From Chiloscyllium plagiosum (lineage: Eukaryota), in contig NC_057719.1 of assembly GCF_004010195.1 (NCBI RefSeq), forward strand, positions 9,002,333 through 9,066,332: a stretch of DNA of 64,000 nucleotides, written 5' to 3'. Each line of letters begins with the position of its first letter. Position 1 is the first letter of the stretch. The position numbers and the translations under genes were made by a program. Of the stretch, positions 1 through 12,607 are shown piece by piece. The notes under the pieces were generated by a model. That model saw only the letters and a program-made list of their open reading frames with translations. It had not been told where the DNA came from and ran no database searches.

Positions 1-210
1 CCAGCCTCCTGCCTGTCCCTCCTGATGCTGCCCAGTTTGCTGTGTTCCCCCAAGCCTCCTGCCTGTCCCTCCTGATGCTGCCTGGCTTGCTGTGTTCCCC
101 CAGCCTCCTGCCTGTCCCTCCTGATGCTGCCTGGCTTGCTGTGTTCCCCCAGCCTCCTGCCTGTCCCTCCTGATGCTGCCTGGCTTGCTGTGTTCCCCCA
201 AGCCTCCTGC
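1..210 (+). repeat. Minisatellite, about 4 copies of a 49-51 bp unit derived from a PLE pseudo-LTR segment
   Basis: Unit cagcctcctgcctgtccctcctgatgctgcctggcttgctgtgttcccc recurs at about 2, 52, 101 and 150. It matches the single-copy segment at about 27740-27780 and is followed by the same pLTR tail (to about 250). Confidence 0.9.
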
Positions 211-609
211 TGTCTGTTTCGGATTCCTGCATCTGTAGGTTTTTTGTCTCCGCCACATTCTCAGGCAGTGCAGACCTGACCCCAACTACTTGTGGTGTAA
301 AAGTGTTCTTTTGTCCTGTCTCCAGTATCTCTTTTCCCAATTTCCTTAAATCTGACCCCCAATCCACCCAGCCCCGCCATGCTCAGTATACCTCCACCAT
401 TCAAAACAATATCTCATTATCTCCTCTGTCCAGATAACTCATGCTTTTGAATGCCTCAACGAAACTTACTCTATAATTATCTTTCAGCAAATGCAACCCT
501 GATCATCATCAGATTGCTGCGCTGTTTAAACTGGCTTATCCCTTTCTTACATTGTAAAGCATTTGAAATCATGCAGAGGCGCTATTGAAATGCAAATTCT
601 CTCCTTTAG

Positions 610-896
610 AAATCATAGAATCCCTACGATTGGAAGCAGACCATTTGACCCATCAAGTCCATATCAACCCTCCAAACAGCATCCCACCCACACCCCTACC
701 AAAGAGCCCTGCATTTCCCATGGCTAACTCACCGAGCCTGCGCATCTTTGGACTGTGGGAGGAAACCCAGAGAAAAACAAAACCTACACAGACATATGTG
801 CAAGCTCCACAGAGACAGTCATCCAATGGGGGGATTGAACCTAGGTCTTTAGCACTATGAGGCAGCAGGGCTAACCACTGATCCACCGTGCTACCC
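610..896 (-). mobile_element. HE1 SINE (V-SINE)
   Basis: Reverse complement of the tRNA-like head (gtggttagc...ctgcctca), the central ggtttcctcccacagtccaaagatg block and the CR1-like tail. Confidence 0.9.
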
Positions 897-1799
897 TTTA
901 TCTAAACTGCTCCATGCTGTATGACAGTGAGTCCTGGTGCACAGGGGAAAGTGTGTTCTCATATTTAGCAAGAGGCACAGAATTGAATGCCCCATTGTCA
1001 TCTCCACTCTGTTATCAGGCAAGTGTTTCAAACAGAAGGTTATGTTGGTGAGTAAAGAGGGAGGCTCATATCAGGAATGAAACAGCAGCATCGGTAGGGG
1101 CCAAATCACCAGCTTTTTTTGAGCTGTATTGGCACTAGGTGCTTCTCTGCATTCTGAAGGAGTTCAATGGGAAGACTGCGCCGCATCTGTCTGCAACAGT
1201 CTCGTAATTTCAAAGCACCACACAAACAGCCGAGAGGGTTTAGAGAGTGAACGAACAAACAGCTTTGAAGGAGCCATTCACGAGTGATGAACTACCGGGG
1301 GAATAAGGTGTTAAGAAGACCATTAACCAAGGTACACAAGACAAAGTACAAGCCTTGCAGGTGACAGAGGGGACTAATAACCCAATTAGACCTCTATTGC
1401 TGCCAACACTTGAACATTTAGAAAGTGTCTTTACCACTGTTGAGTGTCGTTGGCTGCAGATTGCATCGACTCAGCACAGCTCATAAAAATGTGAACATCT
1501 ACAGCATGTACCACCAGAGCTGTGAATGAAATAGCAACAGCCCTGTCGGTCAAAAGCTTCAAAAGCCGTCTCGACATTATTTCCATTTCTATGTCTTTCA
1601 GCACCAGGATTACCACTGTATGTCAGGTCTGCCTTAACCAGAGCTAACCATATTCTTGTGTCAATTATATCTGAAACTCAGCAAGTGTTCTGAGGGTTTC
1701 AACCTTGCCCAGGAATTTGAATTCAACTTTAAAAAGACTATCTTTTACAGAGCCCATCCCCATATGCCTGCACCCCGCTGCTAATCAGAAATCTCTCGC

Positions 1800-2200
1800 T
1801 CTCGACCATCAACATGCTGGAAGACAGCCCTCTGGAGTACAGAATTGCAAAGGTTCACAATTTTCAGTGGAAAATAAATTTCTCCTTCGCTCGGCCGAGG
1901 TGGCATCCCCCCTTATTTGCAAATTGCATCCCTTGGTTTTAGACTCTGCAGGCAGGAGAAACATCCGACTTGCTTCAACTCTGACTGTCCCTCCAAGGAT
2001 GCTACTGTTGTCACTGGGATCCCCTCTCGTTGCGTGAAACTCAGGAGAATACAGGCCCAATCCGTCCACATCGGACTGTCCCACTAAAACGGGAATGACT
2101 CTGATGAACCTTTATTACATTCCTTCTCTGGCAATAGTATATTTCCTGAGGTAAGGAGACCAAATCTGCACACAGTATCCCGAGAGCAGACTAAGCAAGC
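1800..2200 (-). mobile_element. Old CR1-clade LINE 3' fragment
   Basis: The minus-strand translation resembles the CR1 ORF2 C-terminus (GLYSPEF..RGD, ESKTKG..LQIRG, RRNLFS). Confidence 0.7.
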
Positions 2201-2336
2201 TCCTTTTCCCTTGAGTCACTTGTGGGACGTGGGTGTTATTGCCCGTCTTTATCTGTCCTTGAGTAGAGTGCCTTGCTAGGTCCATTTCAGAGGGCAGTTG
2301 AGAGTCAACCACCTTGCTGTGGGTCCAGAGTCACAT

Positions 2337-2675
2337 CTCATAGAATCCCGCCAGTGCAGAAAGAGGGAATTCAGCCCATTAAGTCCACACTGGCCCTCCG
2401 AAGAGCATCCCAACCACACCCCTACCCTATCCCTGTAGCTCTGCATTTCTCATGGCTAATCCACCCAGTCTGCACATCCCTGGACACTGTGGGCAATTTA
2501 GCATGGTCAATCCGCCTAACCTGCATATCTTTGGACTGTGGGTGGAAACTGAAATACTTGGAGGAAGCCCACGCAGACACGGGTAGAATTCGCAAACAGA
2601 CAGTTGCCTGAGGCTGGAATCGAACCAGGGTCCCTGGCTCTGTGAAGTAGCAATGCTAACCACTGAGCCACCGTG
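2337..2675 (-). mobile_element. HE1 SINE
   Basis: Full HE1 head, body and tail in reverse orientation. Confidence 0.92.
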
Positions 2676-2959
2676 AAATGAAGCAAAAGAAGCTACCATT
2701 GTGTGATTCACTGCCATGTCTTTGGAACTTTCTGCACCTTTACAGTTGTGTGCGTGGAGAAAGGAATACGGGGTACCCATGTACCCAGTTACCCCAAAGA
2801 GATCTCCAAGGAACAACCAGCATGTTTCCCAAAACTGAAGCAGATACACATCATCATCAATCTCAGTTAGGTCTAAATAACAACAGAAACAGACCTTGAA
2901 ATCTGGCACTCTCGTTTTTAATAATTCCTCAATTCATGGTCTTGGTTTCAGCTGCCTCA

Positions 2960-3510
2960 GGAATATAATTGCAGATGTCGACCATTCAGACTACTCTGCT
3001 ATTCAGTATGATCATGGTCATCCACTTCAGTGCTACTTACCCATCCCCACATCCCTACAGACCATTACTAATCAGAAATCTATCAAACCCAACCTGAAAC
3101 ACACGCAAAGACTGAGCTTCCATACTCTTCTGTGGTTGAGAATTCTAAATATTTACAACCTTCTAATTAATAAGATATTTCCTTTCATCTCAATCTTAAA
3201 TGGCTTCCATGATATTTTTAAGAAGTGCTAGACTCCCCAGTTGAGGGAAACATCTGACCTGCATTTACCTTGTCAACTCCTTTAAATAAACCATTGGGTT
3301 TCTATGAAATCACCTCTCATTCTTAAAAACTCTGAGGAATATGGGTTCAGTCTCCCCATTCTCTCTGTATTGAATAGTCCCAGAATCAAGTTTCATTAAC
3401 CTTTTGATGCACATTCCCTTTGCTAAGAATATCTTCCCCGTGGCAAGTGCACTAAGACTGCAGAGACTGGATTCCGGATACAGACTAATCAAAGTTCCAG
3501 ACAGGCTGAT
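2960..3510 (-). mobile_element. Old CR1 LINE 3' fragment
   Basis: CR1 3' UTR-like (accattca...gatcatgg) and ORF2-end-like sequence, heavily decayed. Confidence 0.65.
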
Positions 3511-3764
3511 GCTGTTTCTGGTTTTTTACATATGCTAACCCATGTAATATAAGCCAAAGTTGTCAGGTTCTGTTGAGTCAGATATCTTGAAGTTTATTTA
3601 CCGCACTATTTACAAGACTGCAATATCACAGACTTCCACGCATATTGTGGGTTCTATGCTTACCAATGTTATTGCACAGTACATGCACATGGCTACACTG
3701 ATTTGATTACATGATGACAATGTCTGTAGTTGAGATGGGTATGGTTATGGTGAACATGTTACTA

Positions 3765-3990
3765 TGTGCACGTTGGCTCCGTGGTTAGCACTGCTGCCTC
3801 ACAGCACTAGGGTCCCAGGTTCGATTCCAGCCTCGGGTGACTGTCTGTGTGGGTTTGCTCTGGTTTCCTCCCATAGTTCAAAGATGTGCAGGTCAGGTGA
3901 ATTACCCATAGTGTTAGGTACATTAGTCAGAGGGTTGGTGTGGGCTTGTTGGGCCGAAGGGCCTGTTTCCACACTGTAGGTAATCTAAAT
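3765..3990 (+). mobile_element. HE1 SINE, internally deleted
   Basis: gtggttagcactgctgcctcacagc head and gggccgaagggcctgtttccacactgtagg tail. Confidence 0.9.
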
Positions 3991-4129
3991 GTCAAATAAC
4001 TTAAATATAAATTTTAGATTCAGAGTGCATCTGAAAAGTATGGGCTGGTCTGGCCTGGGATACATTATAACACAACATAATTGAAAGAAGATGTCATTAA
4101 TCCTGTAGTCAAATCTTCTTGTGATAAAG

Positions 4130-4430
4130 GCTATCATACCATTTGCCTTTCTAATTGCTTGCTGTATCTGTGTATGAACCTTGGTAGTGGCCTATCGACA
4201 AGGGTACGTAGGTCCCTTTGGACATGCACACTTTCTAACCTCTTGCCATTGAAAAGATACTCTGCGTATCTATTCCTCCTTTCCAAGTGAATAACCTCAC
4301 ATTTGTACACATCGCATTGCAACTGCTATATTCTTGCCCAAAAGTTAAGTCTGTCTAAGTTCTCTCAAAGAAGCTTTGCTCACAGCACACATTCCCACTC
4401 TAGTTTTTAGTCATTCACAAACTTTGAAAC
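4130..4430 (-). mobile_element. CR1 LINE RT-region fragment (continues about 4840-4940)
   Basis: Minus ORF KCEVIHL..NRYAEYLFNGKRLESVHVQRDL is typical of CR1 ORF2. Confidence 0.8.
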
Positions 4431-4449
4431 ATGTATATTATAAAATCAG

Positions 4450-4545
4450 CTTGATAGGGTGCATTACCATACGACTCTGGTGCAGGTGGGACTTAAACCT
4501 GGACCTTCTAGCCCAAAGGTAGGATCACTACGTCTGCACCACACG
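4450..4545 (-). mobile_element. tRNA-derived SINE head (family C)
   Basis: Reverse complement gives gtggtgcag...ggtttaagtcccacctgc (A/B-box-like). The same family occurs at about 4720-4800, 7330-7490 and 43985-44105. Confidence 0.6.
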
Positions 4546-4719
4546 AATCTGAAGATGCTACCTTTGACCCCACATCCAGAAACAGGGACCTGCATACTGA
4601 GCTTTTTTGTCGGATTTAGTTAAGAATGCCGTTGGTGCAGGTTTAATGTGTGCAACCTCAAGTGTGCCAAGGTTAGTTGGAGCACTTATAAGCACTTTCT
4701 AAACAATCTGATTATACAT

Positions 4720-4800
4720 ATTATTACACACCTTTGGAGCAGGTGAGACTTGAACCTAGGTCTCCTGACCGAGAGGTAGGGACATTACCATTGCACCAAA
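4720..4800 (-). mobile_element. tRNA-derived SINE head (family C)
   Basis: Reverse complement tggtgcaatggtaatgtccctacctctc...ggttcaagtctcacctgctcc. Confidence 0.65.
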
Positions 4801-5118
4801 AAAAATCCTCAAATCCAGATATTTAACATTCAGCCCCTGCAACCAAATCATCGACAGAGATTGTGAATAGGTGAGGCCCAAATACTGATCTTTGTGTTAC
4901 CCCACCAGTCACAGCCTTCCCACGCAAGACTGACCCAAATTATAAATGGGGTTTCCCAAATGAAAGGCGGTGTTGTCCTGTACTCCTTAACCTTCCTTGC
5001 ATCCCTGCCCCACCTCCCTCTCCCCCCACCTGCAGCAACATGGGAATGGGGTCAAGTTCATTGACTGTGAAGCCCTATCAGATATGATGTCAGGGTATGA
5101 TGCAGTTAATTCTAACCC

Positions 5119-5422
5119 TTTAGATTACTTACAGTGCGGAAACAGGCCCTTCGGCCCAACAAGTCCACACCGACCCGCCGAAGCACAACCCACCCAGACC
5201 TATTCCCCTACATTTACCCCTTCACCTAACACTAGGGGCAATTTTAGCATGGCCAATTCACCTAACCTGCACATTTTTGGATAGTGGGAGGAAACCGGAG
5301 CACCAGGAGGAAACCCACTCAGACACGGGGAGAACGTGCAAACGCCACACAGAGAGTCACCTGAACCCGGGTCTCTGGCGCTATGAGGCAGCAGTGCTAA
5401 CCACTGTGCCACCATGCCACCC
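5119..5422 (-). mobile_element. HE1 SINE
   Basis: Low-divergence reverse copy with a taatcta-type tail. Confidence 0.95.
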
Positions 5423-6089
5423 ACGCTGTATTACACGGACTAAAATGAACCACACTTCATTGTGAGGATCAAAAGATCTCTTGGAGAACATGAACCTTTG
5501 GAACTGCTGTTGATGAGAATTGATCTGTTGCAGATGTCCCTCGCTCCTGCTTTTAATAGGTAGTGACTGTAATCAGATCTGTGGCTGCCTGCAAGCCTAA
5601 GATGTGAAAATGCATGTGGAACAGAAGGATTTACTCAATTCAAGTATGCCTTTCTCAGCTGTATGCAGATGGCCCCCTACTGACAGCCGCCTAATTACAC
5701 GTACTGTTGAAGTTTATTCTGTTCTAATTGATCATCTTCTTCATCTGCATGTCTCAGGGAGAAAGAAAAGAGTCTAGATTTATCCAACTGCATCAGGCAC
5801 TCCAACAGAACTGAATAGTAAGGGTCGAGAACAGATGCAGATGTTGCAGTTCAAATCCCATCTCCTATCAATAGCCAGTCCGTTGAAAGTTCACCACCAC
5901 AGCAGGTAGCAAATTATGACAGTGACAGAAATGAAACAAGTAACCGTAATTCATAATGCAATTACAAGCAAACGTTGTCATAAAGTAAAACAAAAGTATA
6001 GATTGCACAATTAGCATCATTTCAGCACGCAAGCAATTATAACATATTGCAGAATGCAGCTCGTTTTAATTTCTCCACAAGTCCTCTCC

Positions 6090-6700
6090 CTGAAGGTAGG
6101 ACGTTGGAGAACAACATTTAGCCCATTGAGATTACTCCACCATTCTGTGAAATTGTGACTGATCTGATGATCCTCAGCTCCACTTTTCTGTCTATTCCCC
6201 ATAACCCTCTGTCTACCTCAGCACTGAATATACTCAATGAGCCAGCCTCAACAGCCCTCTGTGGTAAAGAATGTCACAGATTCACCATCCTCTGAAAGAA
6301 GAAATTCTGCCGAATCTCTATCTTTAGGGTGATCCCTTATTCTGAGATTATGCCCTCTTTTCCTGGACACTGCCACATGGGAAAGCAACCTTTCCATATC
6401 TGGCCTGTCAAGGCTCCGACGAATCTCGGATGTTTAAATAAGGTGTTCAATATTTCAACTGGTACAGGTCAAATCTTCTCAACCTCTCATCAGAAGACAG
6501 TTCCTCCATACTTGGTATCAGCTGTGGGAACCTTTTCTGGACTGCCTCCGATGCCACTACACCTTTGCTCAGACAAGGGACCCAAAACTATTCACAGTAT
6601 TTCAGTCGTTGTCTGACCAGTGCCTTGTTTAATTTTAGCAAACTGTCCCTACCTATACACTCCATTCCCTTTGAAATCCACAACATCTTGGCCTTTGTCA
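6090..6700 (-). mobile_element. CR1 LINE 3' fragment with 3' UTR
   Basis: Minus ORF GMECIGRDSLLKLNKALVRQRLKYCE plus a CR1 3' UTR. Confidence 0.8.
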
Positions 6701-6702
6701 CA

Positions 6703-7268
6703 GGTAGTGCAAGGAAATGGGTCTTAAATTCAACCTCGTTAAGGAAATTCAGCATGTCCACAAGGACTCTCACCAACTTTTACAGATGCCCCACCGAAAG
6801 CATGCTGTCTGAATGTATCATGGGTTGGTAAGGCAGCTGTTCTTCCCAGGGCCAGAGGAAACTACAGAAGGTGGTGTGCAAAGCCCAATACATTATGGGA
6901 GCCAACCTTGAATCCATTGACTCCATTTGCACTTCTTGTTGTCTCAGAAGCCAACATCATTAAAAACCCCTCCCATGCTGGTTATAATCTCTTCCATCAG
7001 GCAGAAGATACAAGAGCTGAAACACATGCATCAAAAGGTTCAAAAACAGCTTCTTCCCAGCTGTTATTAGTCTGCTGAATGGACCTCTCAAACTTCAAAT
7101 CTAATGCTAATCTTGCTTTTTGTGCACCTTCTTTGCAGCCGTAACATTGTATTCCTCGCTCTGTTCAATTACCCTCCAGCCTTTGCATGTTACGATCTGC
7201 CTGTACTGCACGCAAAACAAAACTTCGCAATGTACTTGGATACACATGATAATAATAAATCAAATCAT
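6703..7268 (+). mobile_element. Rex1/Babar-type LINE 3' end
   Basis: LRKFSMSTRTLTNFYRCPTESMLSECIMGW matches the Rex1/Babar C-terminal motif. The 3' tail ends in ataataaatcaaatca. Confidence 0.8.
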
Positions 7269-7329
7269 CAGTTGGAATGGGGGAATCCCAGTCTGGGCCT
7301 GGTGGCACCTACCAAGCACAGCTCCTACT

Positions 7330-7490
7330 CTTAGCACCTGCCATGGATACATGTTGGAAAGATCCACAAGTTTACACTCAACTTGTTTGGCCAAGATTAT
7401 CAATGAACATTGCATGTCTGTCAAGCCTTGAAGTGGGAAGCAAACTCAGATCCTCTGGCCTAGAGCTAGGGACAGTACCTACTAGTCCAG
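7330..7490 (-). mobile_element. tRNA-derived SINE (family C)
   Basis: Reverse head ...gtactgtccctagctctaggccagagg... similar to 4720-4800. Confidence 0.5.
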
Positions 7491-8619
7491 AGGACCTCCT
7501 CCTCTCAGTTTTAGAACTGAAAAATCCACAATCCCCTGCATTCTGATTTACCCGTGTTTATTAAATTATCAAACATTTGCAAACTGTTGATCAGTTTGAC
7601 AAAGGTGGGGATTGGCCTGTCTCCTACTTTTGCCTGAAATGTTGATTCTCCTGCTCCTCAGATGCCACCTGACCTGGATCTGACTCTCAACTCTGTCTCC
7701 TCGCTTAACCATTCCATAACTGATTTGTGGAATGACCCAACCATCTTTCTCTCTGCCTGTCCTGCTCAGCGTTTCCAGCATTTCCCTGTTTTTATTGCCA
7801 GTGCTCTGACAGACCGAAGGCTAAAATCGCTCACCCAAGCAATTATCACAGAAGAGCAGAATTGTTCAGGTGTAGAAGGGGCTACTCAGTGCATCACGTC
7901 CATGATGCCCCCTGAGTGTGTGTTTGGACTCGGTGCTGTTTTCCAACCTTTTGCTCATAACCCTCTATTCATGTAGAAGCAGACCGCTGCAATCTTTCAA
8001 TGGTACAGTCCGGCTTCTGAAAGAGAGCTCGTTTTTTTTTTGTTCGAGTCACCTCTGCCTCTTCTGATTTGGTCCTTTTATTAATTGCTCATATCTCCAA
8101 CGCACACTCATCAGCAACAAAGGCAGCACCAGAACTGAAGCCAGGGTAGCCCCTCCTGCTCAGATACTCTTCCCTGGAAACTGATTGTGTGTCTGCAATT
8201 AAAATGGAGGAGGGGCGAGGTGACAGAAAGGGCTTGTTTTAAAATTTTAAAATTCTTGCCTGTGTTACCTCTGGACTATCCTGTTCCAACATGCTGTGAT
8301 GTACCTTTAAGGGGACATATCTGAAACTGCAGTTTATCATAACCACGATGAGATGGGATGTGACAGACAATCATAAACACTCTGTATACAGAATACAGCA
8401 GCTGTCTTACAGGTCAGATGTGTCTAGACAGGTTCCATTAAGTCTATATCGCCTTATCTTGAAGCAAATATTCCACATTATTAGTCTAACAGTCCTTTCT
8501 GTATTGTTGGTGCTGTAATATTACTGATAATGGTCTAATATTCAACAGTTCAGAGTGTGTGTTAGTTTATTTAAAACAGCAAAACTCATGACAATTATGA
8601 AGTAGACATGACAGCAAAG

Positions 8620-8840
8620 CAAAATAAAGAACTGCAGATGCTTAATTGCTGAAGAAACTCAGCAACATCCGAGCAGAGAAAAACAGAGTCAATGTTTCGA
8701 GTGCAACGGCCCTTCTTCAAAGTTCTGAACCCTCTGTGTTCTGAAAAAGGGTCATTGGACTCAAGGCGTTAACTCGGTTTCTCTTTCCACAGATGCTGCC
8801 AGATCTGCTGAGTTTCTTCAGCAATTTCCGTTTTATCAGA
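8620..8840. mobile_element. Fold-back PLE pLTR-derived element (family 3) with decayed hammerhead cores
   Basis: Inverted arms aattgctgaagaaactcagca / tgctgagtttcttcagcaatt. The core ttctgaaaaagggtcattggactcaaggcgttaac is a decayed CTGAAGA..GAAACGTT. Confidence 0.7.
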
Positions 8841-9398
8841 GCTGGTTTCTGTGTCTATGCAGTTTGCAGAGCCAAAGCACGCAAACTGCCAGGCAGAGTC
8901 ACAGCAATGTACACACACTGCACATGGAGTCCTTCAAGGTGAAGTCTTTTAAAGGCAAGGTTTTTTTGCGTTAATCAGAATGCAACTTGACACATTCCTG
9001 GCCAGCCTCCTAACTTGTAACCTCCAACATCTTGAGCTCTTCAAAAAATCTCCTATCTGAGCATTACATCACGTCAGGTTCCCATCATCCACCATCACTG
9101 TGCTTGTAAACATCACTTGAATGCTGGTCCAGCAAATGTGCAATGTTAATTCTTGTTTTTACATCCCTCATTCCCTCTATTTCCACATCCAGAATCTCCT
9201 ATTCCACCTTCAGCACCATGAGCGCTAAACTTGGGAATTCCCTTCCTAAACCACTCATCATCTTAACTCTCTCTCCTTCGGGAAGATGCTCCTAAAAAGC
9301 TATTTCCTTGGCCAAGTTTTGGTTTTGGTCACCTGCCTTTATGCAGCTCGGTGCCAAATTCTGTTTCATAATTGCTTCGGTTCGGCATCCTTGGATGT

Positions 9399-9581
9399 CT
9401 GTTAAGGTTAGAGTGGTGCTGGAAAAGCACAGCAGGTCAGGCAGCATCTGAGGAGCAGGAACATCAATGTTTCGGGCAAAAGCCCTTCATCAGGATGACG
9501 ATCCTGCCTGACCTGCTGTGTTTTTCCAGCATCACTCTACTCTTGACTCTAATCTCCAGCATCTGCAGTACCCACTTCTGC
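9399..9581. mobile_element. Fold-back PLE pLTR-derived element (family 1)
   Basis: Inverted arms gctggaaaagcacagcaggtcaggcag / ctgcctgacctgctgtgtttttccagc, flanked by the direct repeat catccttggatgt (9386-9398, 9582-9594). Confidence 0.85.
9462..9497 (-). ncRNA. Minimal hammerhead ribozyme motif (CpG-decayed)
   Basis: Minus strand reads catc-CUGAUGA-a-gggc-uuuu-gccc-GAAA-cauu-gaug, with stem I catc/gatg and stem II gggc/gccc. Confidence 0.65.
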
Positions 9582-10382
9582 CATCCTTGGATGTTTGCTG
9601 TGTGAAAGCTGCTAGATAAATGTAGGTCATTGCTATCATGTTTGTATTCTGGCATTTGCTTCATGACAGGGATGAGAATTTACCAATAGTTAGAGCATTT
9701 ACAGAAATGGGACAGAAGTGATTTTTTTAATATTGGAAATGCAGACTTTGGTTGACTTTAAGAAATGTGAGGATTATCCATACAGGCGAAAGGTTCAGAT
9801 TTTGCTTCTAAAACCACATGGGTTGCAGACAGTATAGATCAACAAGAAGGGAAATGGCAATGGTTATAATAGTGCAATTTAATGCATGAGGGAAGTGTAT
9901 TCCTATAGAGTCATCAGGTATTGATCCACTTTCTGTTAATTAGTACGTAAGACAAAACAAAATCATTCAGGAAAACATTACAGGCGGAAAAACATGAAGC
10001 TCCATTAGTCTCCTCGGTGCTCTGCACTCCATAGATTTTATTGATGGGTAGGTTACAAGACAGTCACAACATCATGCAATGACTTGCCACACAAACTTGA
10101 TGCTGCCCATTTATCTGGCAGACCTTCAGAAAGTCTGGTTGTGTAGCACAGAAACCCTCCCTCAATGCTTTCTCCATTGGTCAGGTCTTGAAATCCTCAC
10201 CAGCTTGAATCTATGTTTTGAAATGACTCTTTCCTTAGAAAATGGGACATTGCTTTCAAGGCCAGCATTCAGTACCCCTAACATCCTTTGCTGGATCACT
10301 TCAGTGAACACTTAAGAATCTACCACAGTGTCATGGAGCTGCAGTGACAAGTATTAGACAACAACGGAAGATAGGGCAGAAA

Positions 10383-10680
10383 AGTGGCTCAGTTGCTGCC
10401 TCACAGTGCCAGGGACCCGGGTTCAATCCCACCCTTGTGCGACTGTCTGTGTGGAGTTTGCACATGTGGGTGCTCCGGTTTCCTCCCACAGTCCCAACAT
10501 GTGCAGGTTGGCTGCATTGACTGTGATAAACTGCCCATAGTGTCCAGGAATGGAGGAGGTGGGTTAGCCATGGGAAATGCAGGGTTATAAGATAGGAGAG
10601 TGGTTCTAGATGGGCTGCTGATTGGAGGGTCGGTGTGGGCTGAATGGCCTGCATCGATACAGTAGGGATTCAATGATTCT
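10383..10680 (+). mobile_element. HE1 SINE
   Basis: HE1 head and body motifs plus the tail. Confidence 0.88.
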
Positions 10681-10729
10681 CCCTGAGAGAGCTTGTAAAT
10701 CAGCAGAGCTTTTGTGACCCAACAGTAGC

Positions 10730-10872
10730 ACACTGTAACTTTCAATTCCAGTTTTTAAATTAATTGAATTGAACTCCACCAGCTGCTGTGGTGAGAATTG
10801 AACTCTCCTCACTCACAGCATGAACTGGGGCCTTTGGACGAGTGGCCTTGCGACATTACCTATGTGCCACCA
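10730..10872 (-). mobile_element. SINE family B 5' part
   Basis: Reverse of the ggtaatgtc...cagcagctggtggagttcaattcaatt...ctggaattg head seen in the plus-strand copies. Confidence 0.5.
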
Positions 10873-11014
10873 AGTTCCTCCTGAATAGAAAACAGCAAGG
10901 TCATGCAATCTTTTGCCTGTCTGTCTAGACTGCACACCCCACTGATGATACTTTTGTGTTTGAGTGTGGTATCAAACAATATTTGGTAAGATGGTCAAGA
11001 TTTGCCACGATTTC

Positions 11015-11355
11015 AGAGTCATTGAGTCATTGAGGCATGGAAACAGACTTTTCAGTCCAACCAGTCCATGTCGAGTACATTCTTAAACTAAACTAGTCCC
11101 ACCTGCCTGCACTTGGCCCATACCCCTCCAAACCTTTCCTATACATGAACTTATCCAAGTGCCCCTCATGACTTGATAAACCTCAAAAGTTCACTGCTCA
11201 GCTTCCTATGCTCCACTGAAAAAAGCCCCAGCCTTTTTGGTCTCTTTTTGTATCTCAAACCCTCCATTCCCAGTAACATCTTGGTAAATCTTTTCCGAAC
11301 CCTCTCTAGTTGAATAATATCCTTCTTATAACAGGGTGATCAGAACTGTACACCT
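11015..11355 (-). mobile_element. HER1/CR1 LINE 3' fragment, internally deleted
   Basis: HER1 tail (gagtcat..., aaacagac, tagtcccacctgcc) and ORF2 end. Confidence 0.85.
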
Positions 11356-12004
11356 TGAAGGCGTGGACACAGAAAACAAGCTATCCTGTAAACTTTCAGG
11401 ATAATCACACTGAGGTAACCTGAGGATAAATGGAAGAGGAGAGGAACCTTAAGTCTAATGAGAGCAAAATGTTTGCTCAGTTCTCTCTCCCAAGCTATAC
11501 ACACGTTGGAAAGAATTTGCATGCAAAACTATTACTTTCTATTCTACAAGAAAAACTTGCGTGTCAGATTAATTCATTAAAGTTGGAAAATCGATCTGAA
11601 TCATTGCTGTGGATTGCAAATGGTCGAGGCTTGAACATTGATCCTTTGGTAGTCCATTAATAAGAGCCTGTCATTCTTTGCTGTTTCATTTTTTGTTAAC
11701 CAATCCTCGATATTACCCCAAATCCAATGAGCTCTAATCTATGTGATAAGGCCCTGTGAGGCAGCTTTACAAATAATTTCAAAAAATCCAAGCGTATCAC
11801 ATTCCCTGCAGGCCCTATACCCTATCTGGCTCCATCCACTGTCAAAGTACTCCAGCAGATTCATCATCTTCTCTTCCGTAATACTGGGTTGACTCTGCCT
11901 AATCAAACTATGGATTCACAAGTTCCCTACTACCACATCCTTAATAATAGATTCCGGTAGCTTCTGCATGACCGATGAAAGCCTGATGGCAGAGCAGATG
12001 CGAG

Positions 12005-12157
12005 GAATATTACGGCGTGTACCTCACCACCTGCCTCCTCAAAGCCTGTCCACCATCTACAAGGCACAAGTCAGCAATGTGATGGAATACTCCCCACTTG
12101 CCTGGATGACTGCAGCTCCAACTACACTCAAGAAGCTGGCCACCAACCAGGACAAAG
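12005..12157 (+). mobile_element. LINE family B (CR1/Jockey-group) RT C-terminal fragment
   Basis: LSTIYKAQVSNVMEYSPLAWMTAAPTTLKKL is a non-LTR RT C-terminal motif (YKAQVRxxMEY). Confidence 0.75.
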
Positions 12158-12607
12158 TATGTGGTGACCTTTAGCTTAAACTCACCACACGTTTTTCTCT
12201 CTCATGAGACAGGAGGACTCTAGCAACCTTACCTTTAAAGGAAGTTTAATAAGTTTGCATGTTATTGAGCAGAAGAAACATGAGGTGAATAAAGGGAAGT
12301 CTTCCTGATTATGGGAGAAAAAAGGGATTTGAGGAAAATAAGGTGGGACAGTCGTGGATTTCGCCACCAGGAAGAGTCAAGTAAATGGTCACAAGGTTAG
12401 GAGACAGACATTTTCATGCAGCCGGAGACAGACTTGAGAAATGAATGGGGGGGGCGCGGTCAAAGATCACCGAGTGAACATATTCAAATCAGGTTTGTAC
12501 ATTGACATCAAGAATCAACAAGGTGGTATTTTTGGAGAAAGGCAATATTTAAGGAGTTGGAGAAAAAGACTTTCCTGCATTTTTCAGATTCTAATTTTTG
12601 CTGAAGA

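Larger units (their letters stand above)
8990..9630 (+). mobile_element. L2-like LINE 3' end, interrupted by a PLE-derived insert
   Basis: gggaattcccttcctaaacc...ctcctaaaaagctatttccttggccaagttttgg is typical of L2 3' ends. The tail resumes after 9582. Confidence 0.6.

Noticed and set aside
1..210. Possible CRISPR-like array
   Set aside because: The units are contiguous with no unique spacers, there are no cas genes, and the context is vertebrate.
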